64,000 nucleotides of DNA from an uncultured Candidatus Saccharibacteria bacterium (GTDB lineage Bacteria; Patescibacteriota; Minisyncoccia; Phycocordibacterales; PALSA-1337): positions 116,140 through 180,139 of the forward strand of contig CAYWKB010000001.1 in assembly GCA_964459225.1 (NCBI GenBank). Direction: 5' to 3'. The position numbers and the translations under genes were made by a program. This document shows, piece after piece, positions 36,809 to 46,024 of this stretch. The stretch's first letter is position 1. The number at the start of each line of letters is the position of its first letter. The notes under the pieces are model-generated. The model ran no database searches, had not been told where the DNA came from, and saw nothing but the letters and a program-made list of their open reading frames with translations.

Positions 36809-39223
36809 TTATTTTAAATCTCCCCAACTCTTACCTATTGCACAATTTGCTATGCATTTTATTCCTTTTATATCTTTTGGATCAATAATATTTTCCATTA
36901 TTTCTTTTATCTTTTCTGTAACTTTATTCACCACATCCTCTTTGATTTCATAGACCAATTCATCATGAACTTGCAAAATCAAATACGCTTTTTCTTCTAA
37001 TTTATTTGAAATTATATATTCATTAATTTTCTTCATAGCTATCTTTACTATATCTGCATTTGTTCCCTGAATTGGAGCGTTAATTGCCATTCTCTCTGCC
37101 ATCGCTCTTATAAATGGAACTTTTGAATCTATACCTTCAAAATACCTTCTTCTTCCAAAAAATGTTTCTGTATATCCTTTTCTTTTTGCATCTGCTTTTA
37201 CTTCATCGAGATATTTTGCTAATCCTTCAAATTTAGCAAAATAATCATTATAAAACTTTTGTGCTTCTGCCCTTTCCGTTCCCTCACCTAGATTTGTCCT
37301 AAGTGCTGTCACACCCATACCGTACAATATTCCAAAGTTAATAACCTTTGCTTTTCTTCGCATTTCTTTATCTACTTTATCTATTGGAACTTCAAAAACC
37401 TCAGAAGCAACCGCAGCATGTACATCTTCGCCTTTTGTAAAAATATCTATGAGTTTTTTGTCGCCAGAAAGGAATGCCGCAATTCTTAATTCGATTTGTG
37501 AATAGTCGAGTGAGGCCAGTACAAATCCCTTTTCAGCTATAAATGCTTTTCTTATTGCTCTACCTAGCTCAGTTTTGATAGGAATATTTTGAAGTCCTGG
37601 TCCTTGTGATGCCATTCTGCCTGTTGTTGAGCCGGCTTGAATAAAGTGGGCATGTAATCTGTTATTGCTATCAACGAGAGGTGGAATTGCATCAATATAA
37701 GTAGAAAGTAATTTTTGTAATTCGCGGTATTCAAAAAGAAGCGGGATCATAGGGTGTGCATCTCTTAACTTTTCCAATTCTGATTCACGAGTTGATCTTG
37801 CTCCACCTGTAGTCTTTTTTAATCCTTTTGCAGTTAAGGCCATTTTATCAAAAATAATTTCACCCAATTGCTTTGGAGAATTAATATTAAACTCAACGCC
37901 CGCATATTCCCATATTTTCTTTTCTAATTTTGAAAGTTCTGCATGATATGTTTTTGATAAATTATTCAAAAAATCAATATCGATTTTAACCCCCTTTGTA
38001 TCCATTTTTTCAACTATTGGAATAATCGGAGCCTCAATATTATCAAAGACTTTTTTTAATCCTCTTTTATCTAATTCAGTAAAAATAATTCTGCTTGATT
38101 CTTTGAAACTTTCATTTCTTGCGAAGTTTTTAATATCTTCTAATGTAGGATTAGTTATATTTGAATTCAAAAGCCATAAAGCAACAGATGTTTTAACAAA
38201 TTCATTATTATCAATATCCTCAACAATCTTTGGCTTTTCTTCTTCCTTTACTCCAAGTACAGACTTCAATCTCTGATTCATAGTTCGAAAATCCAAATCA
38301 TTAAACAGAGTATTTAATTTATCAAAATCAATAGAATTATTGAAACTATCTTTTGGCAATACAAAATCAATAGGCGCGTCACGTCTTATTGTTGCGAGCA
38401 TTTTACTAAATTCTGCTTCTTCCCTACCTTCTGTTATAAGCGAATAAATACGATCGGTAATTCCTAACTTTTTTAATTTATCTTTGAATTTCTTTTCTGA
38501 TTTTTCATCTTTTTTTGCTTCATCAATTTCTTTATACATATTTTCGATACTACCAAATGTAGTAATCAAAATTGTTGCAGTCTTTTCGCCTATTCCTTTT
38601 ATTCCGATAATATTGTCAGAAGGATCTCCTCTTAATCCTTTATAGTCAGGCAAAAGTAATGGCCCAAAACCAAATCTTTCCATCACTCCCTTTTCATCAT
38701 AAATAATTGTGTCTTTAATACCCTTTTTCAATGTATACACCTGCACACTTTCACCGTCTACAAGCTGCAAGGTATCCATATCACCAGAAGCAATAACTAT
38801 ATCTAGTTTTTCATCTGAAATTTTATTTTTATTTTTAACTTGTTCAACTATTGTTCCGAGCATATCGTCCGCTTCAAATCCCGGCTTATCGTAAATTGGA
38901 ATATTGAAAGCATGAAAAACATCTCTCGATCTTTTCATCTGAGACACAAGCTCATCATCTGCCTTTGCTCTGCCTGCCTTATAATCCTTGTAAACTTCTT
39001 TTCTAAAAGTAGGTCCTGGAAGATCGTAGCAAGCAACAATATAATCTGGCTTTAAATCTTCAATAATTTTAATAAGCATTGTAGTGAGTCCGTACAATGC
39101 TCCTGTTGGCTCACCTTTTGAAGATGCGAAATCAGGCAAAGCGTGATATGCCCTGTGTAATATTGCATGTGCATCAAGTAAGACTAGTTTTTTATTCATA
39201 TTGATATTGTACCTCAAATACAA
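36809..39223 (-). CDS. polA: DNA polymerase I (5'-3' exonuclease + polymerase domains; reduced 3'-5' exonuclease region)
   Basis: N-terminal FEN-like LLDAHAILHRAYHAL; polymerase motifs RRKAKVINFGILYGMG (motif B) and QVHDELVYE (motif C). At 804 aa it is shorter than E. coli Pol I. Confidence 0.9.
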   Translation of the reverse strand: MYLRYNINMNKKLVLLDAHAILHRAYHALPDFASSKGEPTGALYGLTTMLIKIIEDLKPDYIVACYDLPGPTFRKEVYKDYKAGRAKADDELVSQMKRSRDVFHAFNIPIYDKPGFEADDMLGTIVEQVKNKNKISDEKLDIVIASGDMDTLQLVDGESVQVYTLKKGIKDTIIYDEKGVMERFGFGPLLLPDYKGLRGDPSDNIIGIKGIGEKTATILITTFGSIENMYKEIDEAKKDEKSEKKFKDKLKKLGITDRIYSLITEGREEAEFSKMLATIRRDAPIDFVLPKDSFNNSIDFDKLNTLFNDLDFRTMNQRLKSVLGVKEEEKPKIVEDIDNNEFVKTSVALWLLNSNITNPTLEDIKNFARNESFKESSRIIFTELDKRGLKKVFDNIEAPIIPIVEKMDTKGVKIDIDFLNNLSKTYHAELSKLEKKIWEYAGVEFNINSPKQLGEIIFDKMALTAKGLKKTTGGARSTRESELEKLRDAHPMIPLLFEYRELQKLLSTYIDAIPPLVDSNNRLHAHFIQAGSTTGRMASQGPGLQNIPIKTELGRAIRKAFIAEKGFVLASLDYSQIELRIAAFLSGDKKLIDIFTKGEDVHAAVASEVFEVPIDKVDKEMRRKAKVINFGILYGMGVTALRTNLGEGTERAEAQKFYNDYFAKFEGLAKYLDEVKADAKRKGYTETFFGRRRYFEGIDSKVPFIRAMAERMAINAPIQGTNADIVKIAMKKINEYIISNKLEEKAYLILQVHDELVYEIKEDVVNKVTEKIKEIMENIIDPKDIKGIKCIANCAIGKSWGDLK

Positions 39224-39241
39224 TATGTATTGTATTGACTA

Positions 39242-39676
39242 CTAAATAATATACTTTCTGGTATTTTCATCTATAAATTCACAGTAAATTTTAATATGAT
39301 TTTCAGGAAGAATTTCTTTTACGTTTTCTGGCCACTCTATTATGATCAAATTATCCTTGTCCTCAACAATCTTTTCAAAATCAAGATTTTGTAATTCCCT
39401 TCCACTTTCTAATCTATATGCGTCTATATGAATAAGATTTTTGAATTTTTCATTTTCAATTTTATAAATCTTTTCAATAACAAAAGTCGGACTGGTTATT
39501 GAATCCTTAATATTTATATATTTTGCAAGTGATTGAGTAAAGGTTGTTTTACCAGAACCTAGATTTCCATATAATCCTACTATTGTAGCCTCATCATTTA
39601 GAGGGTTAATATTTTGATACCATTCCTTTGCTATCTCAGAGGTTTCTTGAAGATTTTTACTGATTAATGTTTTCAT
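39242..39676 (-). CDS. tsaE: tRNA threonylcarbamoyladenosine biosynthesis protein TsaE
   Basis: LYGNLGSGKTTF P-loop and SPTFV motif. 144 aa. Confidence 0.85.
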   Translation of the reverse strand: MKTLISKNLQETSEIAKEWYQNINPLNDEATIVGLYGNLGSGKTTFTQSLAKYINIKDSITSPTFVIEKIYKIENEKFKNLIHIDAYRLESGRELQNLDFEKIVEDKDNLIIIEWPENVKEILPENHIKIYCEFIDENTRKYII

Positions 39677-39711
39677 TGATAAAACTATATCATATTGAAT
39701 TTATAATAAAA

Positions 39712-39769
39712 TAGGAAAAAGAAAAACCAGCATTCACTTGCCCTATCACAAGATAGGGATGAATGCTGG
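39712..39769 (-). terminator. long compound hairpin terminator (ccagcattc...gaatgctgg enclosing ccctatc-acaa-gataggg), U-rich tract on minus strand
   Basis: 9-bp outer plus 7-bp inner stem. Followed on the minus strand by TTTTTCTTTTTC. Lies 3' of the GC-rich secreted-protein gene. Confidence 0.6.
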
Positions 39770-39802
39770 CTCTCAAGAGGCCACACGGAAACCTCTTGAA
39801 AT

Positions 39803-40243
39803 TTATCTTACTGATCTCCAGACTGGCCCGCGGCCATATGACCTGGTTGTTGGGTACCTGTACGGAACCGAAGTGGTTCCGTAATAATACGGGTACACCG
39901 GGGTCACCGACTCCGAAGTGTTACTCCACGTGCTTTGCTCAGCACTTATGGATGTTTGACCGGTGTATGGGTCAAACGTTTTGTATGCAGAGTTGTATGT
40001 ACCCTGCGAGTGATAGCGACTGTACCCCGTAAAGGGGTCCACAATTACCGTCACACTCCCCCTAACTGGGTCAGGAGGAAGTGCTGATCTTGGGATGGGA
40101 TCTAAAAGAGATCCCCCAACATACACCCCAGGTCTTGTACAACCAGGCTCTAATCTGTTCCAAAACTTCCTTCCCGTTTCCGCGCAACCCGTACAGAGAA
40201 AAAGGAACAGAAATCCAAATACCAACTGAACAATTTTTTTCAT
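39803..40243 (-). CDS. secreted Tyr/Pro/Thr/Gly-rich protein encoded in a GC-rich island
   Basis: N-terminal signal peptide (MKKIVQLVFGFLFLFLCTGCAE) with its own terminator. Local GC is about 50-55% against a background of about 30%. Confidence 0.5.
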   Translation of the reverse strand: MKKIVQLVFGFLFLFLCTGCAETGRKFWNRLEPGCTRPGVYVGGSLLDPIPRSALPPDPVRGSVTVIVDPFTGYSRYHSQGTYNSAYKTFDPYTGQTSISAEQSTWSNTSESVTPVYPYYYGTTSVPYRYPTTRSYGRGPVWRSVR

Positions 40244-40368
40244 AAACTTTCTAAGAGCAATTTGATCAAGAAACCATTTCCTGACCTTATATTTATATTA
40301 TATCATAATAATATACTATGTCAATACATACCCCTTTTTACCCTTCTCATATATAATTAAACAAATAT

Positions 40369-42039
40369 ATGATTGAATTTGATGAAGACAAGCAAAAAAG
40401 AAAGTTAGGTGACCTTTTAAAAAAAGAGGAGGAAGAGTTAGTACAATTTCTTTCTGCTAAATTTAATATTGATTACATTGATTTATCTGTTAATTCAATT
40501 AGCACTGACGCACTTAGACTTATAGATGAAAAGACAGCAAGAGAAAGGAAAATGGTTGCATTTTCATTGATAGATAAAAAGTTAAAAATAGCCTTAAGAG
40601 AGCCTGACAATGCAAGTGCACTTGAAACAGTAAATGAATTAAAAGAAAAAGGATACATAATAACTCTATATATTTGTTCAACAGCAAGTCTTTTAAAAGC
40701 ATGGAATTCGTACAAGGATCTTTCATTTGCATACGAAAATAAGGCGGGATCACTTGAAATAGCTAGTGACGAAATTTCAAATATAGTTGAGCAAGCGCAT
40801 GATTTACCAAGTATAGCCAAAATACTTGAGGACACTCTTGCAATGAAAAAGAGCTATCGTGTTTCTAGAATATTAGAAACAATAATAGCTGGTAGTCTAG
40901 CAACTGGTGCATCTGACATACATATCGAACCCGAGGAAAACTACATAAGATTGCGATACAGACTTGATGGTGTGCTTGTTGATGTAACTAAATTTGATTT
41001 GGATACTTTTTCACTTTTGCTATCCCGTATTAAATTACTTTCAGGATTAAAATTAAATATAAAAAAGGATGCACAAGATGGAAGATTTAGTGTTCATGTA
41101 AAGGAAATGGATATTGAAATTAGAACATCTGTTTTGCCTGGCGCATACAATGAGTCCATTGTACTTAGAATACTTAATCCTAAATCAATAGGAGTACCTC
41201 TTGAGGAGCTTGGCATACCTGAAAAACTTTTAAATATTATTTTAAAAGAAATAGACAAGCCAAATGGCATGGTACTTACAACAGGGCCTACAGGTTCAGG
41301 AAAGACCACCACACTTTATGCCTTTTTAAAAAAGATTCATAATCCAAAAGTTAAAATAATAACAATTGAAGACCCGATTGAATACCATTTACCAGGTATA
41401 GTTCAAACACAGGTAAATGATAAAGGTTATACATTCTTGGACGGACTTCGTTCTGCACTTAGACAAGACCCTGACATAATCATGATTGGTGAGGTGCGCG
41501 ATAGCGAAACAGCAGGAATTGCAATAAACTCTTCTTTGACTGGACACTTAGTGTTTTCAACATTACACACAAACAGTGCGGCAGGTGCCTTCCCTCGCCT
41601 AATCGATCTAGGAATAAATTCAAAGATTATGGGATCAGCAATAAATATTGTTTTGGCACAGAGACTAGTAAGGAAGCTCTGTAATGATTGCAAAAAACCA
41701 AAAGCAATAGATGAGCATGTAAAACAAGAAATAGATTTGGTATTAAATACTATTTTTGATAAAAGTGTTATACCTCAGCTACCTGCAAATATATTTGAAG
41801 CAAATGGATGTGAAAAATGTAATCAAACTGGTTACAAAGGGAGAGTGGGTATTTATGAAGGTATGAAATTAAATGAAAAAATAAATTCAATTATTGATTC
41901 TAATCCAAGTGAAGGCGAAATAGAGTCAGCATCAGCCGATCAAGGAATATTAACATTAAAACAAGATGGAATTTTGAAAGTTTTGAGTGGAATTACTTCT
42001 ATTGACGAGCTTCAAAGAGTAATTGCTATTGAAGATTAG
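40369..42039 (+). CDS. pilB: type IV pilus assembly / type II secretion ATPase PilB/GspE
   Basis: GPTGSGKTTTL Walker A, ITIEDPIEY, IMIGEVRD Walker B/Asp box, TLHTNSAAG His box, C-terminal Cys tetrad (CNDC...CEKC). 556 aa. Confidence 0.85.
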   Translation: MIEFDEDKQKRKLGDLLKKEEEELVQFLSAKFNIDYIDLSVNSISTDALRLIDEKTARERKMVAFSLIDKKLKIALREPDNASALETVNELKEKGYIITLYICSTASLLKAWNSYKDLSFAYENKAGSLEIASDEISNIVEQAHDLPSIAKILEDTLAMKKSYRVSRILETIIAGSLATGASDIHIEPEENYIRLRYRLDGVLVDVTKFDLDTFSLLLSRIKLLSGLKLNIKKDAQDGRFSVHVKEMDIEIRTSVLPGAYNESIVLRILNPKSIGVPLEELGIPEKLLNIILKEIDKPNGMVLTTGPTGSGKTTTLYAFLKKIHNPKVKIITIEDPIEYHLPGIVQTQVNDKGYTFLDGLRSALRQDPDIIMIGEVRDSETAGIAINSSLTGHLVFSTLHTNSAAGAFPRLIDLGINSKIMGSAINIVLAQRLVRKLCNDCKKPKAIDEHVKQEIDLVLNTIFDKSVIPQLPANIFEANGCEKCNQTGYKGRVGIYEGMKLNEKINSIIDSNPSEGEIESASADQGILTLKQDGILKVLSGITSIDELQRVIAIED

Positions 42040-42381
42040 TGTTAGGAAGCATTAAAATTTTACTGTCAATTGAATTTTGTACTGTATAGAGTAGAATTAT
42101 TATCAGATAAATGAGATTTTGATCAAAGTGATCAGGTGCATGATTCTCTAAACAATACTTTCAATGCGATCACCAAAAGTTAAACGTAGACTCAAGGATA
42201 ACCCCAGTAAATACACACAAGGTGTATAACCAGAATGTCCTCAAAACTACATCAGATGACTTGAACAAACAAGCCATATTGTTTAGAGAATTATGAATCC
42301 GATTTATTGCCGAATGGAATATTTGTAGAGTGCCGACTATCTGTATTTGATTCATCTATAGCCTAGCATATATTAATTATA

Positions 42382-43377
42382 ATGTCAAGTACCAAAAAGG
42401 ATATAAATACAAACGAAACTCAAGAAACAGGTTATCTAGATCAGACCCTGCGACCATCTAAGTGGGCTGAGTATATAGGACAGAGATCAATTAAAGATAA
42501 TTTGCATATACTTTTAACGGCAGCAAAAGAGCGTAATCATCCGCCTGAGCATATACTCTTTTATGGGCCACCAGGATTAGGTAAGACAACACTTGCTCAT
42601 TTGATTGCAAAAGAGACAGGAGTACAAATGAAGGTTACATCAGGCCCAGCAATACTTAAAGTCGGTGATTTAGCATCAATACTTACTAATCTTTCACATG
42701 GAGATATACTTTTTATTGATGAAATACACAGATTAAACAAAGCAATTGAAGAAGTTTTGTACCCAGCAATGGAAAGTGGTGTTTTGGATATAATAATAGG
42801 TAAAGGTCCGTCAGCAAGGACAATACAACTCGAACTTCCCTCTTTTACTCTCATTGCCGCCACCACACGTATTGCCATGATTTCATCTCCGCTGCGTTCA
42901 CGTTTTTCTGGTGGAGTTTTTAAATTGGAATTTTATAATGAAGATGAAATAGGACAAATAGTAAACAGATCTGCGGATATTTTAGGAATAGAAATAGAAA
43001 AAGAAGCAATAAAAGCAATTTCACTAAGAAGTAGATTTACACCACGTACCGCAAATTACTTTTTAAAGCGTTGTCGTGATTTTGCCCAAGTAGAAAAAAG
43101 TAAATTAACAAAAGAAATAGTAGAAAAGGCATTAAAAATGCTCGGTGTTGATGATTTGGGTCTAAATAGTGCCGATAGAGATATTTTAAAAGTGATGATA
43201 GAAAAATTTAAAGGAGGCCCGGTAGGACTAAACACCATTTCCGCTGCCCTATCTGAGGAACAAGCAACAATTGAAGAAGTCTATGAACCATATCTTATAC
43301 AATTAGGATTATTAGAAAGAACACCAAAAGGAAGAGTGGCGACAGATAAGGCTTATTTGCATTTGGGATTAAAATAA
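42382..43377 (+). CDS. ruvB: Holliday junction DNA helicase RuvB
   Basis: LRPSKWAEYIGQ, GPPGLGKTTLA Walker A, ILFIDEIHRL Walker B. 331 aa. Confidence 0.95.
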   Translation: MSSTKKDINTNETQETGYLDQTLRPSKWAEYIGQRSIKDNLHILLTAAKERNHPPEHILFYGPPGLGKTTLAHLIAKETGVQMKVTSGPAILKVGDLASILTNLSHGDILFIDEIHRLNKAIEEVLYPAMESGVLDIIIGKGPSARTIQLELPSFTLIAATTRIAMISSPLRSRFSGGVFKLEFYNEDEIGQIVNRSADILGIEIEKEAIKAISLRSRFTPRTANYFLKRCRDFAQVEKSKLTKEIVEKALKMLGVDDLGLNSADRDILKVMIEKFKGGPVGLNTISAALSEEQATIEEVYEPYLIQLGLLERTPKGRVATDKAYLHLGLK

Positions 43378-43402
43378 TTATTTTGTTGATAATCTTTAGC
43401 TA

Positions 43403-43431
43403 TTGACATATTATACTTTTAATAGTAATAT
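43403..43431 (+). promoter_or_regulatory. sigma70-like promoter TTGACA-17nt-TAATAT
   Basis: Consensus -35 and a good -10 with a 17-nt spacer, about 85 nt upstream of the 43516 ORF. Confidence 0.4.
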
Positions 43432-43515
43432 CTTTTTAGACATGACAACTTTATTTCATTACCTATCCATACAGTTTGGATTTGGTTTATGAGTAAGGCT
43501 AGTAGAAACTAGGTC

Positions 43516-43965
43516 ATGAAGGAGGTTATTGATATGAATGGACTAGCTATTATATTTGGTATTGTCGCATTTGCCTTTGCATATGCTTACTTTTCAAAGC
43601 CTGAGAAGGTCGAGTTGAAAATCGGGGATATTACATTCAAAAGTGATGACGGGAGAGACCCGCGGGATGCCGAATCGCTATCCGAGGATGTACATGGATA
43701 CGGTGTCACTTATGAGAGTGGCAAAAAAGTCTTTTTGATAGACATGATTCAAGGTTGGACAATGGTGGCAACAGATCCGGCGACACATGAGATATCGCAC
43801 ATACTCGTCACAAAAAGTCTTGGTTCTGGGAGTGGTAATGGACAAATCGAGACCATAAAAAAATGGCGCCTCGGCGAACCAGAAGACGCTATTGTGATAA
43901 GGACGAAAGCAATATTCATCAGAGACGTCTTAAGGAAGGAGTTAAAAAAACCATCAACAAGTTAG
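43516..43965 (+). CDS. hypothetical membrane-anchored protein in GC-elevated island
   Basis: N-terminal TM (LAIIFGIVAFAFAYAYF), 149 aa, local GC about 45%, with its own promoter and terminator. Inserted between ruvB and yebC. Confidence 0.45.
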   Translation: MKEVIDMNGLAIIFGIVAFAFAYAYFSKPEKVELKIGDITFKSDDGRDPRDAESLSEDVHGYGVTYESGKKVFLIDMIQGWTMVATDPATHEISHILVTKSLGSGSGNGQIETIKKWRLGEPEDAIVIRTKAIFIRDVLRKELKKPSTS

Positions 43966-43980
43966 TTTTGTTTTTAGTAT

Positions 43981-44019
43981 CCCCCAGGCAATTCGGCCTG
44001 GGGGATTATTATTTATTTT
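43981..44019 (+). terminator. intrinsic terminator (cccccaggc-aattc-gcctggggg) + AT/T-rich tail
   Basis: 9-bp GC stem; the downstream tract is T-rich but interrupted. Confidence 0.5.
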
Positions 44020-44089
44020 GCTATATTAAAAAATACAAAATATATTGAGGCAATCTTTTTAATTTTAATAATAGTGATAATATATAAAT

Positions 44090-44620
44090 ATGGCAGGACA
44101 TAATAAATTTTCAAAAATTAAACATCAAAAAGCAGCAAATGACGCCAAAAAAAGTAAAATCTTTGGCAAACTTGTTCGATTTATAACTGTAGAAGCAAAA
44201 AAGTCGGGGGGGAATCTAAAGTCTCCGGGGCTTGCTTTGGCAATTGAAAAAGCAAAAAAGGAAAATATGCCAAATGACACTATTGATCGCGCCATCAAAA
44301 AGGCAACAACAGATAATTCGGCACAAATGGAAAATATAACATATGAATCATATGGCCCAGGTGGAATAGCGATTCTTATTGAAGCATTAACTGACAATCG
44401 CAATAAGGCAGCACAGGAAATAAAAGCAATACTTGCAAGACATGGTTCTGATCTTGCTTCACCTGGAAGCGCATCTTGGGCATTTACAAAAACTGCTGAA
44501 GGTCTAGTTCCAAACATGACCATGCCACTTGAGGATCAAGATATAGAAAAACTTCATGCTTTAGTTGAGGAGCTTGAGGAAAATGATGAGGTGCAGGAAG
44601 TTTACACTAATGCTGAGTAG
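44090..44620 (+). CDS. YebC/PmpR-family transcriptional regulator (short form)
   Basis: MAGHNKFSKIKHQKAANDAKKSKIFGKL...YESYGPGGIAILIEALTDNRNK signature. 176 aa against the usual 240 or so. Confidence 0.8.
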   Translation: MAGHNKFSKIKHQKAANDAKKSKIFGKLVRFITVEAKKSGGNLKSPGLALAIEKAKKENMPNDTIDRAIKKATTDNSAQMENITYESYGPGGIAILIEALTDNRNKAAQEIKAILARHGSDLASPGSASWAFTKTAEGLVPNMTMPLEDQDIEKLHALVEELEENDEVQEVYTNAE

Positions 44621-44635
44621 TTGTAATATATACGC

Positions 44636-45064
44636 ATGGATCAATCATCATGGACTAATACTCCTCAACAATCTAACCCAGAACTTACTAATACCCAATC
44701 AAATAAACAGCAGGATAATATTTTAAATATACAGACTAGAAAAAAACAATTTAGAAAATTCTTATTTTGGAATACTATTATTATTCTTGCTATTATTTTT
44801 CTTAATCCTCTTTTACTCAAATCAATTGGTCATCCCCTACAAGATGGTGTAGATAATATTGTGTATGTAATGGTTTGGATTTTTGGATACCCAATAGCTC
44901 TTGTTATTATAGGAACTATATTTTTTATACTAGGTAAAAAAGAGAAAGCAGATTATTATTTCAGAATTTGTGTGGCTCACTTCTTTGCGGTTTTTATTAC
45001 ATTTTTTATGGTAATTTTATTTGATGTGTTGTTAGCGATTATGTATAAATTTATGATGGTGTAA
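44636..45064 (+). CDS. hypothetical membrane protein
   Basis: 142 aa: Q/N/T-rich N-terminus followed by three TM helices. Lies between yebC and ruvC. Confidence 0.4.
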   Translation: MDQSSWTNTPQQSNPELTNTQSNKQQDNILNIQTRKKQFRKFLFWNTIIILAIIFLNPLLLKSIGHPLQDGVDNIVYVMVWIFGYPIALVIIGTIFFILGKKEKADYYFRICVAHFFAVFITFFMVILFDVLLAIMYKFMMV

Positions 45065-45129
45065 TAGCTAAATAATCAATCCTATAAATAGGTGTGCAAA
45101 CAGTAATCTAAAAGTAGTATAATGCTCTC

Positions 45130-45594
45130 ATGATAATACTAGGAATAGATCCTGGATACGACAGATTAGGTATTGCGGTTATTGAGGGTAAAAATCTTTT
45201 ACACTCTGAATGTTTTGTAACCTCAGCAAAAGACGAATTCCCTGTTCGTTTAAAAAGTGTGGGTCTTAAGGTAAAAGAAATAATTGAAAAATACAATCCT
45301 GACATAATGTCCATTGAATCTCTTTTTATAACCAATAATCAAAAAACTGGCATGAAAGTTGCCGAAACAAGAGGGGTAATTATTTATGAAGCAAGTTTAA
45401 AAAATTTACCAATACACGAGTTTATTCCCTCTCAGATAAAGCTTGCGGTGACCGGTCATGGTTCAAGCAATAAAAGCCAGATAATAAAAATGATTCCTCT
45501 TTTAATTAAAATGGATAAAATTAAAAGATTAGATGATGAATATGATGCAATTGCTGTTGCCTTAACTTGTCAGGCATATAAAAAAAGTATTTGA
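45130..45594 (+). CDS. ruvC: crossover junction endodeoxyribonuclease RuvC
   Basis: MIILGIDPGYDRLGIAV N-terminus (catalytic Asp) and C-terminal DAIAVAL. 154 aa. Confidence 0.9.
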   Translation: MIILGIDPGYDRLGIAVIEGKNLLHSECFVTSAKDEFPVRLKSVGLKVKEIIEKYNPDIMSIESLFITNNQKTGMKVAETRGVIIYEASLKNLPIHEFIPSQIKLAVTGHGSSNKSQIIKMIPLLIKMDKIKRLDDEYDAIAVALTCQAYKKSI

Positions 45595-45710
45595 TAAATC
45601 AAAATAAGTTGCCCAACAAGTTGTCCACAGAAAAATATATTTGCAAAAATTCCGTACTTTTGTTACAAATATGAAATCTCAATAGATTATTCAAATTATT
45701 TTAGATAAAC

Positions 45711-45917
45711 ATGCCAAAGAAAAAGACAAAAGTTGTTGATGAAGAAGTAAAGGAAAAGGATCTTGAAACAAAAGAAATTATTTTAGACGATGAAGAAAAA
45801 GTTTTAGATCCTGATGTAGTCGTACCTGAAATTATAGAAGAGGACTTAGAGGATGATGAAATGTCAGAAATGGATGACGACGAATTAGACCCGTTTAAGG
45901 ATAAGTGGGAGGAGTAG
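45711..45917 (+). CDS. small highly acidic protein (68 aa, D/E-rich)
   Basis: ORF with a K-rich N-terminus and an acidic remainder, followed by hairpins. May be genuine or a chance ORF. Confidence 0.3.
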   Translation: MPKKKTKVVDEEVKEKDLETKEIILDDEEKVLDPDVVVPEIIEEDLEDDEMSEMDDDELDPFKDKWEE

Positions 45918-46024
45918 GATAATAAAAAGGAAAGTAGTTTTGAGGAACATCCGCAGTGCGGCGGCACGAGGACGAGGAAAATTTTAGTAATAAATTTTCC
46001 GTTTCCGAAAAGCTACTTTCCTTT

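Noticed and set aside
39763-40032. 89-aa + strand ORF inside the GC-rich island
   Set aside because: It is antisense to the longer minus-strand ORF, which has a signal peptide, an RBS-compatible start and a downstream terminator. GC-rich DNA gives long open frames on both strands.
45701-45967. 88-aa minus-strand Ser-rich ORF
   Set aside because: It is the antisense of the acidic D/E-rich small ORF (GAn/TCn repeats). It is low-complexity and has no signals.
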